Program-made: the position numbers and the translations under genes
Part shown: in pieces, positions 24,119 through 37,181 of the stretch
Layout of the letters: each line of letters opens with the position of its first letter
Numbering within the stretch: the stretch's first letter is position 1
Assembly (NCBI GenBank): GCA_002269645.1
Contig: NIVC01000829.1
Location: 186,001 to 250,000 of the forward strand
Direction: 5' to 3'
Length of the DNA: 64,000 nucleotides
From: Macrostomum lignano
Taxonomy: Eukaryota
The notes under the pieces: model-generated
What the model saw: the letters and a program-made list of their open reading frames with translations, nothing else
The model's database searches: none
What the model was told of the DNA's origin: nothing

Positions 24119-26696
24119 TCATTTTTTACCACTTTTCAGCAACAGTTGCAACTGCTCACACTGATCTCGCTGCTCAGTGACGAGCTGTTTCAAATCTTGC
24201 ACCGATTTTTCGAGATCGGTCATTTTATCAGAAGCCAGTTCCTCTTTCGCTTGCTCCTTATTTGCCTGTCGCCTGTACTCCGCAAAGATTGTCAGGGCAC
24301 TGACAATGTAGATAATTGTTTCGCCAAGAATTGTAGCACCAGTATCAACCGCGTCTATGTCACTTAGCTTGGCAACAGATTTCGACTTGAGACCGAGTTC
24401 CCTCATTTTCAGTCGAGTCTCGTACCAGTGATGCACTGCATGTTGGGTGTGAGAAATGTGTGGATTCTAAGATGGTGTTTTATGAAACTTCAGTTCAAAG
24501 CTTTCAAAGCTTGACTTTGCCCTACACCAAGGTGGTACTGGTAAGCAGTAATGTCATGGGGGGTTGCTGGGTGATGATCTAATTTAGCATTGCTTGTGCA
24601 GCCATAATGGCATGCTGCTTCCTTTATACATTATAGACACCTACATAAATATATAGGCTTAACTACAGAAATGTTTACTTACATAAATATGTATATTACA
24701 TGCAAAGCAAATTACTTAATTGTGTTAACCAGTCTTGTTAAGAGTAGCACTAGAAGACTGTGTTCCAGATTAGTTATGCAACAGAAGTAATAAGTAAAGC
24801 AATGCTTTTTTCAGAGGCCATCATGGAGTCCTTCTATGCCACAATGTGGTTACAGTAGAAGGCTGGTAGCCAGAGCAACCAGACACTCAAACTGCAGTTG
24901 AAGCTTTCCTGGATGCTGCTGCGAGTTAGAACCCCATGCTATGAAAGGCTGCTGAGAGCTGCCAAGCTCTATTACATAGGCAATCATGACCATGGCCATG
25001 GCATCCACCAGCATTAGGATCCTTTTTTGTCAACTTTAGAGGCCGCACCACAAAGTACACTAGCAAAGTTGTAGATAGGTGTCAGAGTGAGCTAAAGCCT
25101 TATGGGAGACAATTGTAAACTTATTTGCTTTTTTCTAGTATACTATTATTGGGATATTGTCTTCAAGCAAGGTTTTCTATAATGTAAATAGTGTGATGCA
25201 AAATTTCAGGACACTACTTGGGTATGAGGGTAGTCAGCAAAGTAGGGCTGAAAACATTGGGCCTAGTATATTTGACATACATGGTAAAAAGGGTCATTAA
25301 AATTTTGGTGAGCTTGGCATGCATGAAAACAGTTGAATAAAAGTGTTGGCATGTGTGGCATGAAATTGGTAGCTTTGCTTAACATTGATTCTGGCATGCC
25401 TCTGCCACCTTCCTGAATCCTGAGCATAGTAGATATATTGCGTCAATAACAATCCCTATAGTTAAAAGTTGTAAAACTGCGGACAGCATCTGGCGCACTT
25501 TTGAAATTTTTCTAAAGCGCAGTGCGCGCACAGGCGCACAGCGCCTGCACGCGCGGTGCCTTTCCCCGCTGGCTGCTGCTCAAGCAAATAAATATACATG
25601 GAAGGGGGCCTAATACCTCTGTAGAAGGAGCCTATACACTTGTCATTTATAATACCTAGCGATGTTCCAAAATTTCAATTTCAATTTTCCAAAATTCAAA
25701 ATTTTTAAGAGCAAATTTTGATTTCGAAAAAAATCAAAGTCAAAATTTTGAAAGTGTCTTCTTCTAAGTGGCTAAAAATAAATAGCGAGTAATTTCTACT
25801 ACATATACATGTATTTTGTTTTGCATAAATAGTAAATCAAAACCTAAAAAAGTAAGTGTTAGTCATATTAAACTTTGTTTTTCTAAATTTTGATTTGGGA
25901 AAATTTCAAGTTCAATTTCAATTTCAGAAAGTTATTGAATTTTGATTTCAATAGATGGAAATGGACGATATCGTCAATTGCAATGGAATATCTCTAATAA
26001 TGCTGAAGCGGGGTAAAATAATTTGACTCTACTCTAAAGCGCGCATCCGCAGGTTTTCAACTTTTATTCCAATAGGGATAACAATTGTTTTTGTATTAGC
26101 ACTGGCATATAAACCTAGCATACAAACAATGTCTTATAATTTTTAGCATAAAACCTAACGTACACTAATAGCCTACATGATCCAAACTATGGTCTATAGC
26201 TTATAGCTAGAATAGAATCATCATTGAGAATGAGAAGTTGATAGGCCTAGCCAAGGCAAAGCTATAGATAGAAATTAGCAAAGGGAGCCCATATAATAGG
26301 GCCTAATTAAAGCTAGATATAAAAAAATTCTAGGCCTATATAGAGATGGAAACAAATAGTATTGTCACTATTGCAGACTGCCTAATAATAGGCCTATTGT
26401 TAATTTTAGGCCCTAATGCCACAAATTTTTGGTACTCAGTTCCTGTTCTAAAATTAAATAGGCCTAGGCAAATATTAAATAAGTACAAAACTATATTCTG
26501 TAAAAAAACAAAAACAAAAACCTTGCTTTGTTGCACCCAGACTACAAAAATACTTACACTGTGCTGGTGGCATACACACATATTTTTTAAAAAAAGGACT
26601 TGCTCGTGCTCGATCTCTTATAAAATTTGCTAGTGGTTTGCTGAGTTGCCTAATCCCCAGGTAAGCTAATTTAGCAACAGGAAACGCCGCAACCAT
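24119..26696 (-). CDS. OPA3: OPA3 (optic atrophy 3) mitochondrial protein, 151 aa; exons 26558-26696 and 24119-24435
   Basis: [46 protein letters not shown]|[12 protein letters not shown]...[13 protein letters not shown]...EYRRQ closely follows the OPA3 family pattern. Phase-1 GT-AG intron at the conserved PPAQ|L position. C-terminal coiled coil. Confidence 0.95.
25454..26077. mobile_element. Non-autonomous DNA transposon (MITE), 624 bp, in the OPA3 intron; superfamily unassigned
   Basis: Imperfect TIR of about 30 bp (CCCTATAGTTAAAAGTTGTAAAACTGCGGA vs reverse complement CCCTATTGGAATAAAAGTTGAAAACCTGCGGA); exact 8-bp TSD ATAACAAT (25446-25453, 26078-26085); AT-rich interior. Confidence 0.82.
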
Positions 26697-27572
26697 TTTA
26701 TTCCTCGCAAAACTTAAAAATGGCTGATTCCTATTTAAATATGACAATACAGCAGCCAATATATCGTGAAGTTAACAAAATGTAAAAATTGCGCATGTTT
26801 CAATCCCACTGAAAAAAATTGAATCAGCTGTTGAATTTCTAAGAAGCAATATGAGTTCAAACAAACCCTCTGATCAATATTTGAACGTTTCGTGTGTTGA
26901 TCGCTCCAGACTTATGGCGAAGACGTTGGTATTACAAATAAAACGTTTAATTTACGCCAAAATATTTAGACTATGATGAATTAACTTAAATGGGAAATGG
27001 AAATCTGAGTCGAAGATAAAAGGCAAGTCTTAATCTTAAAATTTATCTGTATTCCTTTTGCAGTTCAGTTTTTTATTCATTTGAAAAGTTTTATGCCACT
27101 GTACTAGCTATGGACAACGGTACATATGGTACATGTGCATACATTAAATGTGCATGTGTGCATAGCTTCTTCATTTATGAAATATATAATCGTATTTTCT
27201 TTGATCCCACACCCCCTCAGGCCCAATTAAAGAGGAATTTAAAGCCTCTTTTTATCTCCTGCTGCCCCCAATCCCATTCCACGTATCTCAATTTCCTCAA
27301 GTACAAATATGTTGGATTTGATCAGTTCGCATAAGCAAGCTACAAGCATTAGAATTGAATGTGGTACATGGGCTCCATATATTAACTGCTTTTGCAAAAG
27401 GTGCCAGAAAGCAATGTGTAAATTTGCTGCATGATGGAAGAATTTGCATGTGGTAATTTATTACATGATATACAGGTATTTAATGTACGATTATTTAATT
27501 TATTTTGTGATTGTTAGCTATCAACTGCTAAAAGTCGACAAATACGGAACAATTTACGTGATTCCGCGACAG

Positions 27573-27650
27573 ATCTATGCAGATGCGATTGATTGCTTGT
27601 TTCGTCGCTGGGAGAAGTGCGTGCAATCGGGGGGCAATTATGTTGAGAAA
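27573..27650 (+). pseudogene. Mariner transposase C-terminal remnant
   Basis: IYADAIDCLFRRWEKCVQSGGNYVEK matches the characteristic mariner C-terminal I..L..RWEKC....G.Y.E motif. No DD34D domain or TIRs found. Confidence 0.65.
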
Positions 27651-27849
27651 GCTTCCCTCCCTGATGATGATGAGGCGATAACGCTCGTAATTAATTATAT
27701 TCACGAAGCATAAAATCAATGCATTCGTTTACTGTACCTTGCCCGCCTAGATACAATTAACTGAGCGGTATTATGTATCATGTATATTATGTATTTTGTA
27801 ACAGAAATCCAGATAGTGTCTCTCTGAATTTCAATTTAAGAAGAAATCG

Positions 27850-30820
27850 TTACAGCTCGTGATCGGCAACCGTTGACTCATCCTTGGCTTCAACGTCCGC
27901 TGTGTCCGGCTGGGACACATCATAGATCGGGTTGGTGAAGGCCATGGCAACAGAAACTGCCTGATTCTGACTGCTGCTGCTGCTACTGGTCCAGATGCTG
28001 TCACTGCCTGTGAAATTGTTTGAGGATAATTTGATTATGGCAACTACATGCATGATGACAATGATGATGACAATGATGATTAACATCAAGGTTCACCAAC
28101 CAGAAGTGAATCCAACTGTTCCAGAAGCCGTCGAGAACTCAACTCCAGCAGTCTCTTCGAGAGTCTGATGCCGCCACAGAAGCCACTGCTGCCACAGGCG
28201 GCGAGGATGAATGTCGCAGTGAATGGCCCAGCCTCGCCTGCGCCTGCAGTTCAAGTCGAAAGGTTTCAGAGTGTGACAAAAGGGGAACTCAGGCTCTCTT
28301 CGTTAAGTGATGGAGCTCAAAGAAATTCTTTGAACTTCTTTGACTGTAGAATACATTTAGACATTTAGACAAAAATTAGACAACTATACATAAGACAGCC
28401 ACTAGACAAACTGGCTCCTGCATGAGCACACATGAGTACAAATAGTTCACGCACACACACACGCTCACACAGGGTACAGTGGCCCCACTGGTGACACTCT
28501 AATCGTCAAGAATGTTTTCACTTTCCGTGACTTGAGGTTTGACCATTAAATAAGCTTTAGCCCTAACTAAGCCCTGTAAAAAGTTCCTAAGAACTGTTTA
28601 TAAGCTTACCCAATGAAAACGATGGCAAAAACTGCAGCTCCTACTATGAGTAGCATGAAGATGACAATCAGACTGGCGGTCAGAGAGGCGGCGGCTCCGC
28701 CGGAAAGCGCGCCGGTTCTGGCTGCATAGGCAGCCATGTCGCCACTTTTGAGGGTCCGCACGATGCTGAAGCGCATGCCAGCTGCTGCAGGTGTGGGAGC
28801 ATGTTAGGCTTGAATGTAAAAGGCTGTTAGACAGGAGTGTCAGGATGCAGGATCGAGTGCAACCCCTGGCGCACTTTAAGCGACATTGTCACACAACCGG
28901 CGAGAGGCATTGCTGCTCATTCCGCCGACTCCCCTGAGCAGGCACACAAGCGCGCGGATACGTACGCAGTCATACGCACAGGCACACACTCACACAGGAG
29001 TGTACAGCGGCCCTAACTTTATTTTATCGTTAGGCATGTACACTCTTCACTGTGCCTTGGGGGTTGGTCCTCAAAGGCGTTAATTGCACGAGCAGAGCCA
29101 AGCCGAGATTCTAATTTAGCCCCAAATTAATGTGACTGCACTTGGAATCGAGCCTGGGCCGCTGGCACATCAGAGCGCCTCGACCACGGCACTGGGCTAC
29201 GGCCAGAGGATTAGGTGTGAGAGTGTTAGACAGGGATGTCAGACTGCCAGGCTGTCAGGAGTAAACCTTCAATCTCAGACTGGTGCCAGTGTAAGTTCCA
29301 GTCGCACAGGATGCGCGACATGCAGTTGCAGGCGAGGCTTTTTCAAAGTGTTGTTAAAGATTAAACATTATTGTGTGTCACAATGGCTCAAACCCACCAT
29401 TGCTCTCCAGCCAGCGCAGCGCTTTGATGACGCTCAGCTTCCCAGCATCAGCTGAGCCGCCGCCGTCACTCGCATGCCGCCTTATCCGCAGCACCAGTTG
29501 GTAAGTCGGTTCGATGCGAGAAGTTCTGAAAGCAGACAGTCTCAGACTGGCTGGCTTATCCTGCAGAGCTTTGAGCAGCTGGTTGAGCAATTTTTTTAGG
29601 CTGATCGTCTCCGATCGAATCAGCAGCGCAACGCTGCCGCACAGGTCGGTGCAGGCCCCGCTGACCTCGGCAGCTGGGATCGGATTCGAGCACGGGGCTG
29701 CCTCGGCGTTTACAAGACCGGAGCAGACCCGCGACATCAGACTGGCCGACTGCACTGGCAGGGGAACTTCGCAGTCTCTGGAATCTCCTGAACCAAACAA
29801 ACCGAGACTGAACGGCGGATCGTCCGAGTCTTCACCGCTGGACCAGAGGAACTGCCGCTTGGCCAGCGGCGACTGTCGCCAGAAATCCTGCAGCCGCTTG
29901 GATGAATCGTCGTTCGACTCACCGCCCGTGAAAGTGCGCCCGCAGATTTCCAGCTTCGGGTGAGATCGGGATGAGTGGTGGTGTGAGGAGTCTGAAGTTC
30001 TGAAGTTACTTTGTGAATTTGACAAACCTTTTTGACTTATAACATTGGGGTTGACCCTAATGACTGTGAATTTCAGGACAACCTCTTGGCCAATTTTTGT
30101 GGACTCAAACAAGTTAAAAGACGGAACTTTCAATTAAACAGCAAGCTGACGTAAGCAGTCCATTCACCTTCGTACTAACCCAAACTAAATCTGCTTAACT
30201 TTATGATCCACTCAGCTGGCAACCCATTGCATTGCAGTACAAACCTGTCCAACAGTCACAGTCTCCCCGCGTCCCAGCATCTTCACAAAGTACGTCGCGT
30301 CATCTTTGAAGCGCACCGAGTCGCAGGGGCCGGGCAGGCGGTCCACGGGCAGGGCGTCGAAGAACTCGCGCTGTGATTGGCTGCGAGCCCAGTTGTCTGG
30401 CCGGAACCAATCAAGCGGCTCGGTCAGGTTGTAAGCAGCGTCACGGATTCGGTCGTCACTCGAGCAGCGTTTTTGATCTTCGCTGTTGCTGCCCGCGCTG
30501 CCACTGGCGCTCGTTTCGTCGAACGCTTTCAGCCCGGCACCGTCGAACAGAATCAGCGCCGTTTCGCCCTCGGCCGGCAGCAGGAGCTTTCGCTGGACCA
30601 GCAGCGGCCGGGACAGGCCGATGAGGTTGGGGGATTCGGCTCTCGGCAGGCTGGCTGAGTCGTGCGGACAGGGAAGCCGCCTGCTCACCCAGTTGTCTCT
30701 GTGGCGGTAGTTCGAGGAGTGACCGAATTCCCACTGCCGCTGGGCGGTGACAAGTCGAGCTGGGATGAATAGAACAGCTGTCAGGATCAGTGGCCAGGAC
30801 GTCAACTTCAAGGAGTTCAT
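27850..30820 (-). CDS. AMN: Amnionless-like type I membrane protein (cubilin partner), about 535 aa; exons 30245-30820, 29398-29953, 28610-28784, 28101-28243, 27850-28007
   Basis: Signal peptide MNSLKLTSWPLILTAVLFIPARLVTA. Blocks align by eye with AMN: W..NW..RLPC, KLLLPAEGE, LDWFRPDNW, DRLPGPCDSVRF, VGQ|LEICGRTF, GACTDLCGSVALL, a single TM (ASLIVIFMLLIVGAAVFAIVFI), a basic juxtamembrane run RRRGW, and tail FTNPIYD. The splice model gives a phase-consistent 1608 nt. The exon 2 and exon 4 acceptors are inferred. Confidence 0.82.
29135..29205 (-). mobile_element. Degenerate tRNA-derived SINE-like head in AMN intron 2
   Basis: A-box-like TAGCCCAGTGC and B-box-like GGCTCGATTCC at tRNA-like spacing; cloverleaf degraded. 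Confidence 0.4.
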
Positions 30821-33619
30821 TTTCAAGGTTCCACTCTGCCAATTGACTTGTTTTACTGCCGTCTAGAGAGCAGGAATACTTTACGTTTTTCTAATTAACT
30901 TCGTTCAGTTGTTTTATGCTAACCAGGGCCAAGCCTTGAGAAAGTTTGCAATGCTAATTTCATGCTAATTGCGCGTCCCACTCTCTTGACTCGCCTGTGC
31001 ACAGGTAGGTGGTCGGTTGAATATTTTGTGGATTAGCCATAGTGAATTGAAGGTGCATGAGCGAAAATAAAGCAGGTTTAAAGCTGAAACTTTTTATGTT
31101 TACACTGTCAAGCTTGAAGCGTTGAAACTGAATCTGAGAGCTGAGCTTCGTTAAACATGCAGGTAGCAATTGGCACAAAATGGTTTAATGTGCAACAGCC
31201 GACCCCATTTTAGACTTTATTAGCTAGAGAAAAACACGAAAAACCGTTACAGTAAATGTGCAGTGACAGCAATCTTCTTCTGGCGTTGAAGTTTCATACA
31301 TTCGAACTTGAACTTCGATAATTATATGTTCACATTTCATGCTGTGATCGATTTCATAAATGTGTCCGACTCTAATTGCGCATTCGATTTCGAGGATGTA
31401 CATGGAGGATATACATGTACACCGAGAGTGTACATGCCTGACGATTAGAAATTAACCAATCAGGGCCGCTGTAACACCCTGTGTGAGCGTGTTTGTGGGT
31501 GCGTGCCTGCATGCTTGTACATGTGCTTGAAGAGTTCGCTTTAGCACACTAGAGAGAGAGAGGGAAAGGAGAGAGAGAGAGAAAGAGAGAGAGAGAATTA
31601 GGTCTAGTGTCTAAACGCTCGAACTCCCACTTCCAGACTCTAAAGCCTGGGAACAAAATGTAGTGCACTTACTGTTGCGGGCTCCTCTTCTTTGTTGGGC
31701 AGGTTCTCCAAGCTCGTTCCTTGTTTCTTCTTCTTTGTTGCGCGCGTATGTAGGGTTCGCTTCTTCAAATTTTCTTCTTCTCCGGAGGAATCTTCTTGAA
31801 GTCTAGAATCGGCCGAAAGTGGGAGCGTAACAATCAACTCTGGTGACGTCGCAGTATTTCTCGAATACAAAATCAATATAGGCCTTAGGTTCAGTAATCA
31901 ATATCAACAATGCGCCCTTTATAGCAAATCAACTTTCTGTAACAATAACGAGGTCCTCGAGGAAGGGCGTCTTCTAGAAATAACGGAACCGGAGTGGTGT
32001 GCTCCTATCGGTTAATTTAGGATAACCAAAATCAATCAACTCGATAATCCTCTAAGGGTATCGGAATCGGTCCGCAGATCCTATCCAATCCCTTAGGAAA
32101 AGGGGAGGCCTCAAACTAGATAGTTTCAGTATAATCAACTGATCAGCAACGGCCGGCAATAAAATCGCTCTTAAAATCAATTCAATAACAAAGGCTCGAA
32201 CAAGAGCTTACCGAACGGTATGTACGTATTTCCTCAGAGTTGTAGCCTCGCTTAGCTGTTCCAGCAAGCTCCAAGATCTTTAGAGGCTGCTCCGAGTCTG
32301 AGATTTTTAGCTCGGATTTTGGCTTGTATTTATAGCAAAATTTTGGGGTAAACAGGTTATTTTGGGAAGGTGACTCATTTGCGTTTTGGATTTTGACCTC
32401 TCGAAAATTGAATAGAATACAATAGCTGGTTTTGCGCATCAATACCATATTTAGAGTTCTATTTTTAGATGTTACATAAGATGATCACTCGTTGTTTTCG
32501 TGGTCTTCTAAAAATAGAGTATGACAACTCTGAATTTTTAGATTCGCATTTTCGCATTTTTACGTTACTACTTATAGTAATTTACTTTGTATCGTATTTG
32601 GAGATCTCTACATGCTCAGGAGCGGGCGGAGTGGACAGAATTGCCGTCAGACTATAGCATTACAGTGGTCCTTGCGTCAGCGTTGTTGCTTGTGGGACGA
32701 TGTCGCCAAATGCATTTCGCCAGGGTGCCCACGGTTTCCTGCAACGGTAATTATTATTCCTTGAACTGCGCTTCTGAAGCGAGAAGATCGCATATTTCTA
32801 CTGACAAGTAGAGTACAGCGTATATGTTTGTGCGTTTGTTCATGATGTCTTAAAAAATGAAACAGGGCCACAATTGTACACGAGAAAAAATGTTGATTTT
32901 GCTCCTCATCGACCAGTAATTGTGAGCCTGCCTGAGTGATCGGACAGCGGACTCAATTCACTTTTATCGATTGGCAATCCGATGTGAAGCACTTTTCTAG
33001 ACAACTCAAAGATAAATAGAATTTGGTTCAACCCTGTGCGTGCCGGAGCGATGAAGAATATTTTATGCGATTAGTCCCCAATTTCAGCAGCTGCAGGGGC
33101 TTGATTGTGGGCCGCAATGCTAAGCACCGCGAGCTCACTCAGGCTCAAGTGAGGCTGAGAATCTCGTCATTTTATCAGCTTGTCGGGGGAAAATTGAGTT
33201 CCGACTCGCTTCGATATCAGCTCTTCATGTCAGCTCAGAGTTTGTTGTCGGGCAGGGCCTCAACGACTGATTTAATGGCAGACGGTCGATGGGTGCCCTG
33301 CTGCATTGCTATTTGGATGAAAATATTTTCAGTTAAAATGGCCTAAGAAGGATAAAGGCTTGAAGCAGTCAAAGCTTTCTTTGATAAATAAATTTCTCTA
33401 ACAAAAATTGTCGTTTAACTGGTTCCAATTATAAAAGCTTAGATATGACCTTCGAATGTTCAGACTTGAATCGTAAGCACAGAGAAGCTCTTCATTCGCA
33501 GTGTTTTTTTTCTTTCAGAATCACTTCTTTCAGGATGCCGACTAACAGACTTTATTGATAATCCAGCTTCTTCAGTGCAGCCTTCTGTTTACTTTTTACG
33601 CTCCTGTTTTTTCATCATT

Positions 33620-34580
33620 TTTCCTCTCCCTCTCCCATCTCCCTCACCCTCTCCATCTCCCTGTACATCTTCTTTCACTCTCTATCCCCCTCTCCTTCTC
33701 CCCTCTCCATCCCCCTCTCCATCTCCCTCTCCCCTCTCCACCCCCCTCTCCATCTCCCTCTTCCCTCTCCATCCCCCTCTCCATCTCCCTCTCCCCTCTC
33801 CACCCCCCTCTCCATCTCCCTCTTCCCTCTCCATCCCCCTCTCCATCTCCCTCTCCCCTCTCAATCCCTCTCTCCTTCTCCCTCTCCCTCACCTTCTCCC
33901 TCTCCATCTCCCTCACCCCTCTCCCTCTCCCTCACCTTCTCCCTCTCCATCTCCCTCTCCATCTCCCTCTCCCTCACCTTCTCCCTTTCCATCTCCCTCT
34001 CCCCTCTCCCTCTCCCTCACCTTCTCCCTCTCCATCTCCCTCTCCCTCACCTTCTCCCTCTCCATCTCCCTCTCCCCTCTCCATCTCCCTCTCCCCTCTC
34101 CATCTCCCTCTCCCCTCTCCATCTCCCTCTCCCCTCTCCATCTCCCTCTCCCCTCTCCCCTCCCTCACCTTCTCCCTCTCCCTCTCCCCTCTCCATGCCC
34201 CTCCCTCAACTTCTCCCTCTCCATCTCCCTCACCTTCTCCCTCTCCATCTCCCTCTCCCCTCTCCATCTCCCTCTCCCTCACCTTCTCCCTCTCCCTCTC
34301 CCCTCTCCATGCCCCTCCCTCAACTTCTCCCTCTCCATCTCCCTCACCCTCTCCATCTCCCTGTACATCTTATTTCCCATTCCATCTCCATCTCCCTCTC
34401 CCTCTCCATCTCCCTTAGCTTCATCTCCCTCACCATGTCCCTCCCTCTCCCTCTCTATTTCCCTCTCCTTCTCCCTCTCTATCTCCCTGTCTATCTTCTT
34501 TCCCTTCTTTATCAGCATTTCCCTCCCCATCTCCCTCTCCCTCTCTATTTCCCTCACCTTCTCCCTCTCCATCCTCTCTG
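33620..34580. repeat. CT-rich low-complexity/microsatellite tract
   Basis: Direct reading. Confidence 0.95.
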
Positions 34581-35850
34581 CCTCCCTCTCACGAACTTTC
34601 CTATATCCAGGATCTTCAGTTTTCAACGTTAATTACATTCCTAATGAATTGAAAGAAAAAGGCAAAATAAAGTCAGCCGATTTCTATAGTACAATTCTTC
34701 CGTTTATGGCAAATCAACAAACTAAAATACCATAAGATTGCTTACCCACCTAAAACTTCGTGTGAGTCATCAGCTCGGATCCTAACTGACCCCGCCAAAG
34801 CTGATCTATTGGCGATCATATGGGCGCTCAGTCTGCGATGCAATCTCCGGTTTTATTAATACTCATGGTAAGCCAATCGAAAAGCCCTGAGGATGTGTGG
34901 GCTAATCAGAAGGTGCAGAGAAATCTCGATCATTTTTTTTTCATTCTCAAGTAAGACCATGAGAAAACTGATTAATAATTATAATGTTTAATTATAACTA
35001 CTAAAGTTAATCTTTAATAAAAAGTCGTCGCGTTATCATACTATTTTAGTACTTACTTTGATCAAAACTATTATATGACAATAATTTCTACATTTGGTGC
35101 AAGCTAAATTACTGATAAACCCATATTTTGTTATAAATAAAGCTTCGAAAAACGAATAACCGGAACTCATTGTTAATATTTTTAATTTACACGTGTATTT
35201 ATATTTGTTTTTCTTTTACTTTCCTTATGATGCGTGGGAGAATTTATACAGCTGTAAATAAATTTAATTAGTCGAATACATTGTAAGTAAGAGTTTTTTA
35301 ACACGTAAAACAAACAAACATGATTGTAATATTTCAAAAGAAATTTTCTGGTTTAGCAATTTCAAAGATGCAACAAGTTGGAGTATCGAAAAAATCAGAA
35401 AATTTCTTTGCTGCAAATATACATTTTTGCAGTAAAATTTCGTCATGTTTGCAATTGATAATTGTATATTAATGTACCCCAATTATACTTATTATTTTCT
35501 AAGATGGAATTTTTAACACATTTTTTAACTGTCGTAAAAAGCAGAATCGCAATACAAATAATAAATGAATGAACAACTTAAATTGCTTATATTATCATCT
35601 TAATTAAAAGAAAAAATACGTTTTTAATAAACATGACAGTGCCATTACAGCCGTTTGAATTCAAATACAACAACAGTACCGACTTTTTGTTTCTAAGAAA
35701 TAATACAGTTTCAAAAATAAAATAAAGGATGTTTCATCGCTTTCTAAAAGTTACCTATATAGGATTTTTTAGCGATTTAAATAAATACAAAAGAGAATTT
35801 TTGAGGGTCATACCTTAATCTTGAGCAATATTATCCGGTTTGATTTACAG

Positions 35851-36618
35851 TAGGGATGTCGACCCAGGGGAGCTTGTCGGGGAATACTCCCCGGGGAATT
35901 GGACCGGCGACCCCGGGAAGAAAAAAAATGCGCCGTGATAGATCATTTGTAACTTAATTTTTGCCATTTAAATATGAAAATGATTCACAGAAAGCTTATT
36001 GAAACTCTGTCTATGCTTTTTTACTGCATATAACTGCTTATTTCAATGTAATATTTCAAACACAACCCATGTTTGAATGTTTTTTTCACTAGGAGTCTTC
36101 AATCAGCATAGAAACCCGTCAGGTAAAAGAAGCTTTACCGACTACTGTGCTAGGCCTAGTCCTGCATCAGTCACTGACCTGACGCATGGGGGGGGGGGTC
36201 AGGGGTGTTATACAATAACAAAATACTCCTTATTAGACAAGGACAAAACGGTGATTTATCTGCAAGAAATAAAAATTCCAACTATAAAAACAGTCTCATT
36301 CATTAATCAGACTCCGGAGTCTGACTGAACTCTTTTTAACAAAGGTTCGTGCACGATTTGGTGATGTGATGCCACAGGTTGTCAAATGCAGATTTTTTAA
36401 ATAAATATTGTCTAAAGTTTTGACTTTTTACCCTTGAGCGGTTTGCGCCTTGAACATGTAGTCCTAACCTTAAATCAAAGTAAAAAATGCCACTTAAGAT
36501 CTAAGTTATCCGCCGTTTTTTACTTATTTTTTTCTTTTCCCCGGGGGGTCGCCGGGGGATGACAGTAAATTCCCCGGGGTCCCTGATAAGAAAATTCCCC
36601 GGGGAATCGACATCCCTA
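35851..36618. mobile_element. hAT-type non-autonomous DNA transposon (MITE), 768 bp
   Basis: Perfect 12-bp TIR TAGGGATGTCGA/TCGACATCCCTA; 8-bp TSD ATTTACAG (35843-35850, 36619-36626); several subterminal CCCCGGGG motifs; no transposase ORF. Confidence 0.92.
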
Positions 36619-37181
36619 ATTTACAGAGATGCGCACTTCGTTGAAATTGGGAGCAGGTGAAATCAAAATATAACTACATGCTATAGTTTTTTTGTAAAAT
36701 TGCATGAGAGTCAAACAGTATAAATATTTCTAGAAATTATCACAGAAAAATTTACGCAATTTATCTGTAACTAGTAATTGTAATTAAAAAGAACTAAATA
36801 TGAAATTTCGTTTAACATTTACCTAGACAAATACTAATTCAACGTTAATATAAGCAAAGGAAGCTAACTAATAACAAAGACTAAATATTCCTAAATCGAG
36901 TTTGACTGAATATAAAAGATACATTGAGAGATTTTGAGAATTTAATTAAAGTCAAAAACTTGTGAGATTGGAGAGAGGAGAGGAAAGAGGAGGGAAGAGA
37001 GGAGAGAGGAGAGGTAGCAGAAGACGAAAAGTGAGTCAAATATGTTTCGAGTTGCAGAGCTTTAAATTAGTCAAAATTTCCAATCACTCTATAACGTAAA
37101 AATTGTCAAAAAATCGCATGACTAAGCAGTTGTCCATCTGAGAGCAACTTCAAAATTAAAAATCTGTCACGATCAGTCTGT

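Noticed and set aside
27085-27103. Tc1-like right end (...TTTTATGCCACTG|TA)
   Set aside because: No matching left TIR found in the window.
28140-28291. Selenocysteine or readthrough of the TGA at 28291-28289
   Set aside because: No SECIS-like evidence; the downstream frame is not AMN-like and hits another TGA, while the NPxY tail is in a different frame.
29954-30133. N-terminal part (MKVPSF...) of track ORF 29378-30133
   Set aside because: Alignment to AMN is continuous if 30245 splices to 29953, so this stretch is most likely intron that happens to be open.
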